From Marsupella aquatica (Eukaryota; Plantae; Marchantiophyta), in the NCBI GenBank assembly GCA_973895155.1, contig OZ316896.1, forward strand, positions 8,577,539 to 8,641,538: a stretch of 64,000 bases of DNA, given 5' to 3'. Positions 36,752-50,881 of the stretch are shown here, piece after piece (position 1 is the first letter of the stretch; each line of letters starts with the position of its first letter). A model generated the notes under the pieces. The model had not been told where the DNA came from. It saw only the letters and a list, made by a program, of their open reading frames with translations, and searched no databases. A program made the position numbers and the translations under genes.

Positions 36752-39700
36752 ATGTCCTACAGATTCTTGGGCATTGTGTGGCCCCCTGCTTTGTCATCCG
36801 ATGTCTTGGCACCAGCTGCAACAATGGGGCTGGGCGAGTGTTTGGACGCCTCAGAAACACTCGTCTACACTATCCTGGCTGCTGTTGATGGCTTCATCGC
36901 CGTCGTGGCGTTTATTCAGGTACGCACTTAAACAGAGTTGGGAGGATCATTTGATCGAAATGCATCAACATGAGTCCACAATCACGATGCCTCGTTGCAA
37001 AATAATGGTCTAAACCACGGATGTTTTCCTGAGAGTTCCTTAAAACAGGGCAGACAGTTGTATTGCTGCAATTTTTCATCCTACACCCGGCAGTCTTGTC
37101 ATCAAAGCTCGGTACCGAGCATCTTGAATTCGTCATATGGAGCTTCCCTCCGCGGCTTTATCGAGTCTTTGACGTTGCTCGGATTTCGCTGACGACTAGT
37201 CTTATGGCTGACATGAGGATGAGTTGAGAATTGCCTAGTATTTCATATGTCTACTCTGGTCCACTGATCCCAGGGTCTTTTTACATCAGAAGTCGTTGTA
37301 GATGTTATTTCACCACTGTCTTTCCTAGAGCTGTCGACTTGACACTTAGCGCACAATCGATTACGAGTTGACTCTCAAAGGATTGTTCGTATGACACCGG
37401 GCAGTCATAGGTACTTGTCAGCAATCATCCAGAGCTCGTCATCATTTGTTATTGGAGTTTTCTTCGAGTTAGTTCCTTCGGAGTAGTGACCGTAGAGTTA
37501 TTTTCACGTCAGGCCCGATTGTCATACGAAAGGTGAACTGTGCGGATGCTCCACTTCCCTGGATTGTCATACGGGGCTCTGTTATGTGGTGTTCGACGGC
37601 TACTACAGTGCTGATAGCATTTTGGAAAATTAAGATAGCACAATCTCTGTGTATTCATTTTTAAATTTAAATTTTGAGAGCTCGTCAAAATTTAGCATCC
37701 TTTTAAGCTGTTATAACCAGCCAGATAAAATATTTCCGCGTGCACATGGAATGCTTTGTTCACTGGACAAAATTTCCTGATAAACTGTCAACCGCTATAT
37801 TCTGGAGCTGAACACACCACAGCTCTAGTAGTTTTTGACCCCCTGGATACCTAGCAAATTTTGATTATCTGTGTAGGCTACGGACAGATTCCCAGTACAT
37901 TTTTTCTGTACTTTTGAAAGTCATGAAGTCTTAATTCTTGAATACTCTGTATTCTTGTACAATAGCCCTCTATGGGAAGGCCCGTCTTAAATTTAGGTAT
38001 CTTTGTTTATGATTGGGAGTTTTCACTCATGCTTCTGTAGTCTTCAAAGTAGTTACAACATCTTGCTGCTCAGCCAACGTGAATCAGAGGAGCGAAAGGA
38101 CCCTCTAGCCCAAACTTTTCTTCTGGTGAATAATGGAATGAAAATGTGGTGATTAGATGTTTGATGGACTTGAGTTGTGATGCAGCTGTTAAGGCTTCAC
38201 TTTTGTAATCGACTTGCGGGGTGGACTCGTCAAAAGGTTGGTTTTCACTCTAAAGCGTCGATATGATTTTAATAATTCAGATGGCGCGCCCGCCACTATG
38301 TATGATGAGTGCCTTTGGTTGGCGGTAATCTCTCTGGTCCTATGTTTTTAGTGGCAGTTGAAGTTACAGCCATATCGATTTCCCAAACACGCATTGTGAC
38401 GATCACGGTGTGTCTCAGAGGCGGGTATCAGTGTTGTTGAACAATAACGTACGGACGAAGAAATCATTTTGTAATTCACAGGCAGAATTGTTTTCTCTAC
38501 AGGTTTGTCTGGTGAAATATGCGAAATAGTGACTTTTCATTTCAAACTTGTAGAAATATCATTGTGTACAACAGATTACCTTGATCTGCTCTGCTGGGCC
38601 ATGAAGGAATGAGGTTTAGGACGTGCAGCTCGTGGAGGGTCTAGGTTGTGTACTCAGATCATTAGTGGTGAACAAGAACTGCATCATACTCTACAGTGAA
38701 AGACACATTGAAATTGCCGAAGCTAGTTCCACTCATATCCTAAATGTGGAGGTACAACCCCCTATTCCAATGATGGAGACATTGAGACCTTCATCAGTTG
38801 CCTACCGTTTCTGCGTTTTCCTCCAACCGATGTTGGATTTTCTCACATACTCCGTAGTTGATGTTTCCTCCTTCTAACTGAGGGATTAGGTTCAAATAGG
38901 ACAATTGAGCCCGGACGGTGTTTCAGGTCTAGTATGCCGTCCTTAAAACTGATGCATAACAGAAGCTTGACATAAATTGTACGCGCTGATCTCGGTCCCT
39001 CGTTGTTCAGATTCCAGTATATTCTACTGTAGATATCTGGATTTCTCATTACAGGTCTTCGTCGATGTGTTGCAGGTCTTTCATTGCTTGATTTTTGCAT
39101 CAAATTTCGGTAAGCATCGAATTTTCATGATCTGGTCACATCCCTTACGCCAAAGTCCACGAAATGTTTGCTGACTGTTCTCGTCAGTAGTGCAAATATT
39201 TCTTCAGGTGCTTTTGTTAACTAATTAACCCTGGTAGGATGGCATCTCGAAATGTGAAGGCTAATATAATCTTATCAGTATCATAGGATGTGCCTGATAA
39301 GAAAACTGGCATGCTGAAATTCTTCTGTACATTTTTAGGAGTATCCTCTTTCTAGCTAAGAACTGTCCTTACACTCAGGAGAATCTCAAGCTCTTTACAG
39401 TGTAGACATGATTTTGAGTCTTAGCATTCACCCATAGATAATTTCCTAGTTGGTTCACCTTAGCTGCAAGCAACACTCGCAGAATTCATTTGAACTTAAT
39501 TAACTCCTGCAAACTTTCTTGTGGCAGGATACGGTTTATACTTTGTGCTGAATCTGGTGGCTGCTTGTGGTGATTGGGGCTGCTGGCCTCATGCCTGTGG
39601 ATTTGTTCTCATAGGTGTGCTTCTCTTTCTTCTTAAGAAGTAAACCAGTCAGAAGTCAGGTTGTTACCCTAGAATATCCCAGTTTCGTGTCTGGGATGGA

Positions 39701-42700
39701 TTCAAATTATAATGGAGGTCTCAGACAGGAAACCTTCTCCATTTGGGGTTTCTGCGAGGACGACTTGTTGATGCTTTTACTGGGAAGAATGGAGGTTCAT
39801 TCTGAAACAGATATAGGACCACTATCTGACAGTTACCACATCTGATGCCAATGGTAGCCTTATAGTGAAATCTGAAACAAATGCCAAAAGTAAAATGTAG
39901 TGTCAACCCTCGTTCTAAACATATTTTAAGATCTGATGGTGGTATTGTATGTATAGCTCACGGGTGGGGATGGTCTCATTTCTTTTAAATTACATCTGTA
40001 AGGCTGTGTGAAGCCGCCTCTTTCATTATATGAACCCAAAACTGCAAAGTTTTTACGAACAGGAGTCTTTGGTTTGAGAGTTGCTACTTGTCGGGTCTAA
40101 TCTTCTGCTCCTTTGAAAATTAAATTAGTGTGAGAGAACCAACCCATCACAGTCTCCAGTCTTAAGGACCTTGCTATTGAATTCTAAACTTTTCCAAAGA
40201 TTCGAGAGACTCAACGGGAATGAATGCTTATCTTGTTTGTGTTGGTTTGCAGCTATTCCTCAAACCATTTTCTTGGCAACATTTTTATTGCTGCTTTCTT
40301 TCTGGTAAATCTGATCTCCCTTTTCATGTCAGGCAGGCTTTTCTATTCAATTTGTCAGAGATCAGTCCAAGTAACCGTTTGGAGTTGGAGTTTTTCAGGG
40401 TTGATCTTTGTCATCAAGCTACGGATCAGGATGAAGAGGAGGAGGAGGACGAGGTTTATGATGATGGCAGCTATTCGACCCTCCCTGCGTCTCCACATAG
40501 TGGACAAAGTAGTGTTGAAAAGCAGTCCAGAAGATGCTGTGTTCGCTTCAGGAGATTGCGTGTTCGTGGTCGTCAAAAAACAGTCATAATTGTATGTACA
40601 GTATTCTACTTCTCACAATATCGATTTGAGCTTCACCCCATAGGACTTGGCATCGGTGAAAAATTCTAGCAAGACTGTTTCTTTTCAGATTGACCACAGC
40701 AATACAAGATGAGAACCTCAACACTGTTTTGATAATTTCCTTGTGACTCTAGTTTTTCATGATCACTATGCAACAGAATAAAACTGCTCCACGTTCTAGG
40801 CGTTATGAATGGAGATTATGTAGTCTCTGTGTCCCTAACAAAAAAATATTTTAGTTTTGAATACTACACATTATATCAACCATCTATTTTGGTATGCCGG
40901 AGTTTGGCTCAAGAATTGAAAGACTGTAAGACTGACTTATCATTCTGTAATAGTCGAATAGCATATCACACTACTGAATGAAATTTGAAGGAGTTGTTCG
41001 ATCGTTTAGTTGCAATCTGAAGGTGCTGGTTTTATGCAGGCTGTGCTGTTGATGTGTGCTTTGACGGTGGCATTTGCAGTCCTCATTTGGTATGGAAAGG
41101 GTGACAATCCCGTAGACTCTCAAACTATTGCTGAGGTAGGTCTGACTAGCTGTACCTGCTTTATGTGTTTCACCAGAAGGTTTTTAGACGGTCTAAATTC
41201 TTCTACTCTACAAGTGAACGTCTTTTCTTGTTCCAGCAAAACTGGGCGATGACTGTTAGCGGCTAGGCCTTGAAATTTAATCGAGCGCCTTGAAACTTAA
41301 TCGAGCGGAGTGCGCTACAGACAACTTGTCAGCTTTTGAGAGCTCATTTTCTCCTCGAATGTTCTCTCCGTGCAGGCCTATTCTTACTTTTATGCAGTTA
41401 TTACATTTCTATCGGGAGGAGGGCTTGCAGCATATGGTGAGTTGACCGTGTTACATTAGAACAAGTATTACTTTATCTAGAATTTTGCGTTAGAAATCCT
41501 ATGCACATATCTTATTCGTTGTTCTTACCGTCGTCGTTACCGTGAAAAGGCGCTGGTGTTCAATGAATTTAAAATTCATCTCGCTTAAAGCTACCCTGCA
41601 CTCTTATATAGGGCTTATACCTTAATGCAAAGGTCGATCGTGAGGGCATGAGAGAATAATTCCTCTTGTGCATTTTCTTGTTCATGGTCTGTGAGAATAG
41701 TCACTACTTACCATTTGCAAGTGGCTGGAAGTCCTACCTCGTCATTTCTAATCCCTTTTGCTCCTGCTTGTGTTTAGGGCTTGTTCTTTACATGAAAATG
41801 TGCAGGTTGAGGTCAGGGAAGGCATCTGATGACATTAGGAAGGTGAGCTCCTTTTCAGACTTGATGGGGTTCGTGCGTTTAATCACAACTTGATTAGACT
41901 TGCAGCAAGTGATGATCGAATTCAACAATGAAATAAATATTATTCTCGGAAGTCGAACATCATGCGAGGATATATGTTAAGAGGGTCTATGTCAATGATA
42001 TGTGCAACTATTACTTGCAAAGTCTTACAATTTATCATTTTATGTCTGAAAGGTCGCAGGTTTGGCAGTTGTATCTGTCGTGTGCTTCACTGTACGAGCA
42101 TCAGTCATCATTTTCAGTGATATTCATGTGAGCTTCACTCCTTCACTCCTTCCATCTTTGAATGCCCGAAGTGTCCTCGATCTGATTCTTACGTGCTACG
42201 AAATTTTGACGCTCAAGTGTCTATTTTCCCAAGCAGGTACTAGACATATGGAGTGGGCAACAGGAGTTTCCTATCACCTTAATCTTGCTCTATTACCTCG
42301 TCGGTAAGAACTCTGTCCTTCATTCTTTGTAGATGAAACCTTCCTTTATTTAGTTGTCTGTTTTGAAGTCACCAGTATGCACCATCTCGAAGATGGGCCG
42401 ACTTTAGTAAAGGATGATTAGATGATTATCTAAGTCCAATAGGATAAGGTTCCTCGAAAGCTCACTGAGAATGGCAGGTGGAATGTGTGCAAGGATGACA
42501 AGATATTCATAAATAACATGTTCCCCAATCTTGCACGAGACTCCCAGCCTAATGTAATCCAAAGGTATTTGGGCTGTAAAAGCTTTTGAATTCATCAAAT
42601 TAGCAAGTCTCCCTTCAGGCAGCAGGTCTGTGCTCTTGAGAATTCTCTGGCATGCTGTGGAATTCCTGACGAAAGCCATTTCATTGCATAGATGGCCCGG

Positions 42701-43910
42701 ACAGGGAAAGTAGACTGTAGATTTGGAAGGTTAAAATGCAGGAGAGTCTCGAAATGATGTCCGTAGGAAGGCCCTCCTGTTTTCTCATAAGTGATGGGCA
42801 AGTATTGGCTTCTGTGACTGATGACTGGATACTTAGTTACAAGACACTTACACATGCTTAGCTGGAGAGTTATGTCTTTGATCAGAGACCCATCCGAAAT
42901 GTCAATTAGCAACTGGATTTGGACAATGGATTTAAACTGAAATAATTGACAACTATGAATACGGGAGCAGCTATTGATCAGGCTAACATGGCAGGATCTG
43001 AATTAGGGCAATCTATTCATTTTGTCGCCTCTGGTTTCCATTAGTTGGAACTAAAATCTTCTGTCAAGCGGAAGACCGTCATGTTCAAATCTTCTGTCAA
43101 GCCTCCTTAGAAACGGAAATTTCCAGGATCTGCGTATTCTCGATTTGTTTTTGGCAGTGACTCCGCTCGTCCTTTCAATCCATTTTTCTCTACTTCTTAG
43201 ACCCTCGTCATTGCCCAACCGGATATTTTTTGGAAATGAGCAGCCTCAGATGTGGTTGCCTACTGCTTTTACTGTTTCATCCATTCTGTGTCCTTTACAT
43301 TCCTGCCAGTGGGCCTCCACTGCAAGATTACAGACAGGATTGCAGATTTTTATTGCTCTCTAGTCTGAGTTTTGTAAGTAAAGAGATATAGGCTTCTTCC
43401 AGATGCAATCCTGATTCTGCTGTGTGGAATTTGCAGGGGAATCTTTTCCTTCTGTCGTGGTATTGTGGGTAATGAGGGAAATACCTCGCCGGCCCAGTTT
43501 TAAGGGTGTTGTTGATCACGGAGCAAATGGGGTGATCGTTCGAACACGATCACAAGCTGAAGCTGAACAAGCTCTACTAACACAGCAGGCGATTCTGGAT
43601 CAATGGATCATTCCAGCAATTGAGGCCCAGGCTCCTCTTTCATATTCTAGATCTTACAAGTCCACACCATCCACGCCTCCTCAGGTACCAGACTTTAAGA
43701 TACGCAACCTTCAATGTAGAGATATGTCTTGTTGATGTTCATGGCCGCTCGATGGTTTTTTTGGTTTACAGTGGCCTTACCTTCAGAGTCAACGGTAGGG
43801 GATGGGCTCAAAGTTTAGCTTGAAGTGGTTTCTCTTTGTTATTGAGATGGATTATATAAGCGGTTACATTTCTCTTCTTGCTGCAGATGGGCAGAGACAG
43901 TCCTATGTGA
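36752..43910 (+). CDS. THH1/TOM1/TOM3-domain (tobamovirus multiplication 1-like, DUF1084) multi-pass membrane protein, 13 coding exons
   Basis: Phase-consistent GT-AG exons: 36752-36919, 38186-38236, 39076-39109, 39528-39614, 40253-40304, 40399-40591, 41040-41135, 41376-41436, 41778-41842, 42053-42127, 42237-42303, 43437-43684, 43887-43910. Motifs LAAVDGFIAVVAFIQ-LLRLH...GWTRQK-VFH, FLLLLSFWVDLCHQ plus acidic loop, KVAGLAVVSVVCF, LLYYLVGESFPSVVVLWVMREIP. Confidence 0.9.
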
Positions 43911-44436
43911 TCTATTGTTTTCCAGGACAGGGACTATTGAGTATCCAGAATTAACATGGTGCATCCGATTCACTGGAGCATATCTAGTTAAGCTCGAAAT
44001 CTATGCCTTAATGAAAAGTGTGAAATTTCCTACCTAATGCTTTCTGAATTCCTTCAGTAATTGCAGGTTCCTAGTAGAATTTCTGAAGGATATGGTTGTA
44101 CAGGAACTCTTCTCAAGGGTTGAAGAAGATTTCAGGGCTAGACTGCAGGGACCAGCAGAACTGATACAGTGCAATTGCACGTGACTCTGCACAACAAGAC
44201 AAGGTTTAGATCAGTTCTGTTGTGTCAAGAATGGATGCAAGATTTAGTGAATACTTGTGTGATATATTGAAGCCATCATCGCTTTCGAACAGCTTGTAAA
44301 TGTCACTTGTTCCTTGTAAAGGTCTAGTTTGCAGCCAAAGATCTGAAACGAGGTATTCAAAGCTCCTAATGGAACTACAAGCGGTGGTTTTCATGATCGA
44401 ACGAATAAACTCGTTGCAAGCGCAGGGTATGAACTT

Positions 44437-47250
44437 CTGAGGGGTTTTCCTTGGTGAGGCCCCTCTTAGCCGAAGTGTCTCAGAAATCCCGTTATTTTTC
44501 GTCTTGTCAAAGTAGGCTCCAGGAAAATACCACGCCGCACCGTAGAAACCCTTCTTTGATCAAGCAAATCATGTAAACTCTAGCCAATCCCTTTTCTATG
44601 TTCTGAGGTCATTAACGTTTCTCTACCGACAAAGATCGATCCAGAACGGAGTCGTGAGAATCGAGTAACTCACAAAATCCTTATTGTCTAGACCTGAGCA
44701 ACAATCTCTCCGTGGTGGAAAACAGTTTAGCTTCTACCGCTGGAAATTGCTATGATACGTGATACCGTATGCAGGGAGTGGAGAGATTCCTTCAAGCCGG
44801 TATATGTCAGCTCGTTCGTGTGCACGGTTTTCATTTGCCCTATAAATTAACAGTGGGGGCACAATACCTAGATCTTTAGCAGTTGCTAAGCTCCTGTGTC
44901 CCTGGGCATCGGGATCTTCATAGTAATAAAGGAATCGCTATTTCATTATACTAATCTTGAAGCCACTTAAAATCTATTTAAGTGGAGTTCGCTAACTTTT
45001 GGAAAGATTGATTCCGCCTGATGTCATGATCGACGTACAAACCATGCTTGAGCCAAAAGTTTATTTTGTGTAGTCCCCACGGGTATTGGTTAAGCTCATG
45101 TCTCTCAAGAGGTTTTTCCCTTTATCACAATAAATGCTCAGTGATGTAGTCGAATCCTGCAATATGGTTCCTTGCCACTATCGGTTCGGCCAAACTCTTT
45201 GAAGGCCACGAGTAACTGGGATTCGCTGACATACTTAATTCTTCAAACCGTCGGCAGCAGCCACATTTCTCCTTGAGCGTGCTGAAGCTCGAATTGCAAG
45301 AGTTTCTGAATCTTGCCACTAGCTAGTAGAGTACCCCAGGGTAGGATTGTTAAATATTCAATACATGTAGTTTTAGATGATTCTCCTGCAATTGTGTAGA
45401 GGCCCCAACGAACCAGCGTGGTAGGAATTAATGCCGGTCAAACCATCTCATATTTTTAGCTTAGACCTATAAACTGTAGATACATACACGGAGTCTAAGG
45501 TCACAGGGGAGTCTAAGGTCACAGTGAGTACATAAGGTCACAGAACGGGAAGACAAGATGGAGAACGCCGGTCACGTCTAAATTTCTCATTATAAGGTAT
45601 TGAAATAAACCGATAAAAGTGCTTGATATTGAACGGTGAAAACATGACGATTCACGCGACTTACAGGTAGTGTTATGGCAATTGAAATGAGACTGCAAAA
45701 TTTTTCACCATTCATAATCCCTACCTTCGATTGGAACTGAAAGCGAGACAGAAACTTCCAAGCACTACCGGGACCTAGCTCGATCCTGACTAGAAGTGAA
45801 TTAATATAAATGGGTCCACGAGAGCACATCATAAGTCATTTGAAGATACTTTTCTACACAAAATTTCCCCAAACTGTTTGCCTCATTTTTTGCACATCGA
45901 GATGCACTTCTGTGAATTCGAACCCGCCTTAAAGCACGTGGGTGACCTCACATTGAATGTGATGCACTAACAATGGAAATGTCTGATGTTTAGCACACCT
46001 CCTTGAACTCTCTCGTGAGCTGGAGTCGCTTGTGTTTGAGAACTGTGTTGTGAAATGAGGATTCCTGTCAGAACTTATGCGCGAAGAAATTAAAATCAGT
46101 CTCCAAATAAGCGAACTTCCTTGATGGGAGATCAATCTGAACAAACAGTTTACATTATTCGTTTCACTTAATAAATTAGCATAAATCGCTCTAATCCCCA
46201 TTTCAGGACACCTTTCCTCATATAGTAATAGATTGAACAGGACCTAAAATCGATTCCTTCCAAAAGTGCTGGACGCTCTTATAACGTGTATCAGACGAAT
46301 TGTAAGTAGTGACACAAATTTCAGAAAACCTGTGCTGAGCCTGTAGAGCCCTAGCAAAACTGGAAAGTTTCTGCAACTGGACCCCTGGACCATTAACAAA
46401 TTTCCGTAATCTATAGTATAACCGAGTGGCTCACGGGTGCCTTCCTATCTCTTTTCAACTTTCTGGAAGTCTTCATCGAATTTGCTTTTCCTTCCCAACG
46501 CAAATCGATGGTCCAAGTCTATTTCAAGTACAATTCTTTATCGTAATTAGTATCAACAAAATTCGTATCACACATCCTAGTTATATGAATATTTATTTTC
46601 CTGCAAGGGACACCAGTTACTGTCACCCCAGTTTTAAATTAAAAAAAAACCTGAAATTTTACGTAACACGCTGTCTAGACAAGTGCACCCTGAAAGTTTT
46701 GGTGTGGTTGATATACATACATTCTACACCTGATTTTCCATTGAAGTAAATATATTAAGGTTTCGCGTATGTTCGAGTTAAATAGGATAATCCCGAAAGA
46801 GAGGTTCCATCCCAAGAAAAATTTCAAAGTATTTGGGACAACGGAGCTCCTCCTCCCCCAATCTGTCATATTCGTGTTTGCCAATCCATATATTGAGATG
46901 TTTCCGCAGCCTTAAGCTCCCCGAGGAACATGGCAGTCAGTGTATTAAATTGACCGGAGATTGTCATGTTGTAAAGGATGAAACTTCCAAAGAATTTTCT
47001 GGAGGTGTTCCAAACGATAACACCAGACTATTTCAAAATGTCGCAGCAACCGAAGCTCTCGAACATGTAGTGATCAGCTATTCTCAGATCCATGCTGCTT
47101 GAAATTTTACAGGCTTAGCTATCCGTCAAAACTCAGATACTTCAGTACCTTAAGTTGCCCGACAGTATCTACTGAACGTCCCAAATGTCTCACTCTCACA
47201 GTATCCAAGTGTCGCAATGGTGGATGTGGCTCAGAAAATGATCGTCAGCG
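44437..47250 (+). pseudogene. Putative heavily decayed NB-ARC-LRR (NLR) gene relic
   Basis: Collinear degenerate motifs in shifting frames: P-loop-like GEAPLSRSV (44453), kinase-2-like KILIV-LD (44674, needs one base restored), RNBS-C-like QLVRVHGF (44808), GLPL-like GGTIPRSLAV (44855), then LRR-like LESLVFENC (46020) and LTVSKCRN (about 47195). Confidence 0.4.
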
Positions 47251-50200
47251 TGGAATCCCAACCTTTTGCGTTATTAATTGGTAATAGGAAATGATTACAA
47301 GTAGTATTGGAAGTTACTCACTGAGGTCACTGAGTTGTGGATTTATAGTATTGAAGCCCTTATTGTTTGAAGGATTTCGGGACCCTCGCCAAAGGGACTC
47401 AGCAAGGCCGCTGAAGGGATATATGTGCTTGGCAAGGATGCTGAGCTCAGCTAATATCAGTGATTGATTACTGAAATGGTTAACAACCTTAGACAATTGC
47501 AGCTGCAGAATGCAACAAAATGGGTTTAGTTACATAATTTACATATGGAAACCAAGTTGGGGAAAACTGTTTTGGTATTTATTGGTCACTAGCCTGATGC
47601 CAGTCCATTGCACAGAAGATGTCAAGATGAGGCAAACATGTTAGGCCATGACAGGAAATGCAGAGGAGGTAAGGGAATGCAAAGAGAAAAAAGAAATGTA
47701 AGTGAGCCAAAGAAATTGCAGGGTCCAAGCATGGTTCTGCTGCACTACGTACATGGCAGTTTCCCTTCTTTTTTTTCTTCCATTTTCCCTCCCTTTCTCT
47801 CTTTTTGCTCTCACTCCCACCCTTTTCTTGGCTCCAACATGATTTGGAAAAGAGAAAAAATGGAGGACAAGAGAATTCTACTTCAAAAAGCAAAATAATA
47901 GCAAAAGCCAAATAGCTCTTATACAAATTTACATCTTATGTAGGGGCTCCCTGCAATAAAACATTCTATGTAAATTACTCATGCATTAGGTGTTGTCATA
48001 AAAATAGTGTATGTAATGTACTTTGTACTGGCATTAGGTATTGTCAGTCCAGTATTGTAAAAGCAAATATATCCCTTAGTTACTATTTGAGTCAATCCAA
48101 GGTTTTAAACTGCTGGAATGCATCAAATGGTAATGTTATGTTCCCTCCTAAAACGTTTGTAACACACTCTACTAAAACATTTAGGCACGATAAGCTAGTA
48201 TAGTGTTTGATAAAGTAAGAAGAATGGCACAAAAGTTTAAACGTGAGGCTTATAAATTGTGGCCGAAGAGTTTGTAGAGTATAGATTACAAATTGTGGCC
48301 CAAGAGTTCGTAGAGTACTAGAGATAATTATGCAAATTCCAGCAATGACAGGTGTTCCTTGGGGGACAGCTGCTAAGAGCAGTTTGGCAGGTGAGAGGAT
48401 GACAGGTGTTTCTTTGGGGCAGATGTTTAGAGGGGAGATTACTTGAGGGTCATTTTCCTTCGGTATGCTTTGAAAGAATTCTGGTCATCAGCTTGGAATG
48501 GCAGTGTTCTCTTCAATGTTCAGGATCTAGCGAAAGGCTTTAGGGCTGTTTTGCATGTAGCTGACCCCCAGATTTTTGACCCTTAAAACTCCCTAAGAAA
48601 AAAGGGACTTGCTGATGATCACAGAATCTAATGGTCCTCCTACACATCCACTCACACTTGAGGTAACCGCGCATTCCATCATCTGAATGTTTTGATTTTA
48701 TTGTTTCTCAAAGGTTGGGACTGCGAGGGCCATAAGTTTCTTGCCTTTGCCCTTAGATCTCCATGACAACTGCTATCAGGCCTACCTCAGGAGGGAGTTT
48801 AGGCATGGAATTCTCTCTCTCATAATCATGATCATTCAGTTAACTTGAGGATTGCAAAAGAAAGGCATGTTGTGGTTATTGCCATTGTCTGTATGTCACC
48901 CTACCCGTACCAATATTGTCTTTAGCCATAACTTGTAACTATATATGTTGCAGTAGTGGAGAACCCCCAAGGAACCCCCCTTTGAGTAAATCCCCTAAGG
49001 ATATTTCAGGTGAGGATCATTTGTCATTGTGACCATGCTGCCATTGTGGCCATGTTGTTGTTGGTGTGACTATACAGACCGTGCATGGCAGGCACAAAAA
49101 TGTGGAGGTGAGACAAAGAACTGCAGGTGATGATTCTTGTTGAATGTGACCATCATTGGTGCACATCATTATGTGGCTGTGTGTTGCACAAAAATGCCAA
49201 TGAGATTTGAGAGGGAAAAAAATTGCAGGTGAGACAAACAAATGTTGTCATGCCTACTATGTCATCTGTGCAATCATGTTTGTGAGTGCAAAAGTCTAGT
49301 CATTCCGATAGTGTGGTCTTTGTTGCAAAAATGTCATCATTTTGGTCACTCAGTGTTGCTGTTGTGAAAATGTTCTGGTTGGGGAGGGCCATGGGTGCAG
49401 GGACAAGTGACCCCAACCATGGACTCCAAACACAGCCCAGTGACAAGAGGGAGAGTTGTTTAGTTGATTAATTTATCTTTTGTTTTGGATATATAGTTAA
49501 TACTTTCTAATTTTTTTATTTCTGTTAAAGTTTATCAATCATTTTTTGTATTTTTGATATTTTTCAAATGGCAAGGAGCCACCAGGCAGCTTGGGCAGCA
49601 AGTGAGGAGGGGTAAATGGATGAATGTGACAGTGCCAAAAAATGTGTTTTTGGGTAGAAAGATAGGATTTGTGCCCACCTCTCTTCCATTTTGTAAAAAG
49701 ATCATGTCTCCATCTTTGGAGGGATTGCATATTAGAGTGGTTAAATGATGCTCCACACAAGTTGAGGGAACATCAGTGCCCGGTATACAAGTGTCCCAAG
49801 TGTGATGGTCTGGTTCAAAGATTTGGATGGTACTGGACAAGTGGGAGAAGTATTTGGGTAAAGGAGACTTATGGTTTTAGTATCTCAAGTCCTTATTGGT
49901 TGGTTCAAGGGTTTGGATAGTATCAAACACATGGTAAAGTTTTGGGAATCAATGCCTATTGAACACTTGAAAACTTTTGGGGATATTCCAGAATTTTCAA
50001 CTGGACCACCTTGTTCGTGCCATTGGCAGGAGAGTAGCTAATTAGCATAAATAGAGTGGCTTGGATGTGAAGCCAGACATAGTTCAACAATTGACACACT
50101 GTCACTGGTCTCAGCAACCCACACTCATCCAACCATAAAAAAAATAAAAATAGAAAATATGCTCATCTAACTTTATGATCCCAATTATCTGGTTAAGATA

Positions 50201-50881
50201 GAAGAATCCTGGCCCTTATCTTTCGTCTAATAAACCCATCATTCCTTGTCTAGCCACACTGTCTCATGCCAGTTATATTGCTCAAATAGAAGAATCTCGT
50301 AGCCTTTATATCGGCCTGGTAAACCAATGCTAGACACCCATAGATATCGTTCCACTAATCCAGAGCCACAACCGATGCTTGTAACTCGTCCAACTACAGT
50401 ACTTCTTTCCATTCCAAATAGATGTTAAAATAGAAGACTGTTAATAGTTGACAGTGGTCCCATAAACCCACGCTTCAAAGCCCTGTTGCCAAGTTAATCG
50501 GAGCCCCTTTCTACGAGTCCTTCCGCCATTGGAGAGAGGTTTGAAGGTATGGGGATATATACTGTCAGTGTTCGCTCAGATAAGATCAACAAAGTACATG
50601 TCCCCATTAGGTGGTTGGGCAGGTGCGTGGAGTGTGTACTGGGTACCACCTTGGACTGCGAGTATTAAAGGCAGAATCGAGGAGTAGTACTGTCACATTT
50701 ACATTGTGCTTGCGTCTTGGAATTCGTGGGAGGTCTCCATGGATCATGACACTGAACATTTTCTTAGCGAAGTGTGCACTGCGAAGTGATTGCTTCGTGG
50801 GAAAGGAGAGGAGGAACACCTTTTACTTTGTAACTCGTGGGAGCTATCAGAATTGTCTGTCCGTGTGAGAAAAGCGAGAGG

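Noticed and set aside
47500-50100. Short ORFs and a possible TE remnant
   Set aside because: Low-complexity sequence with no domain, TIR or TSD that I could support.
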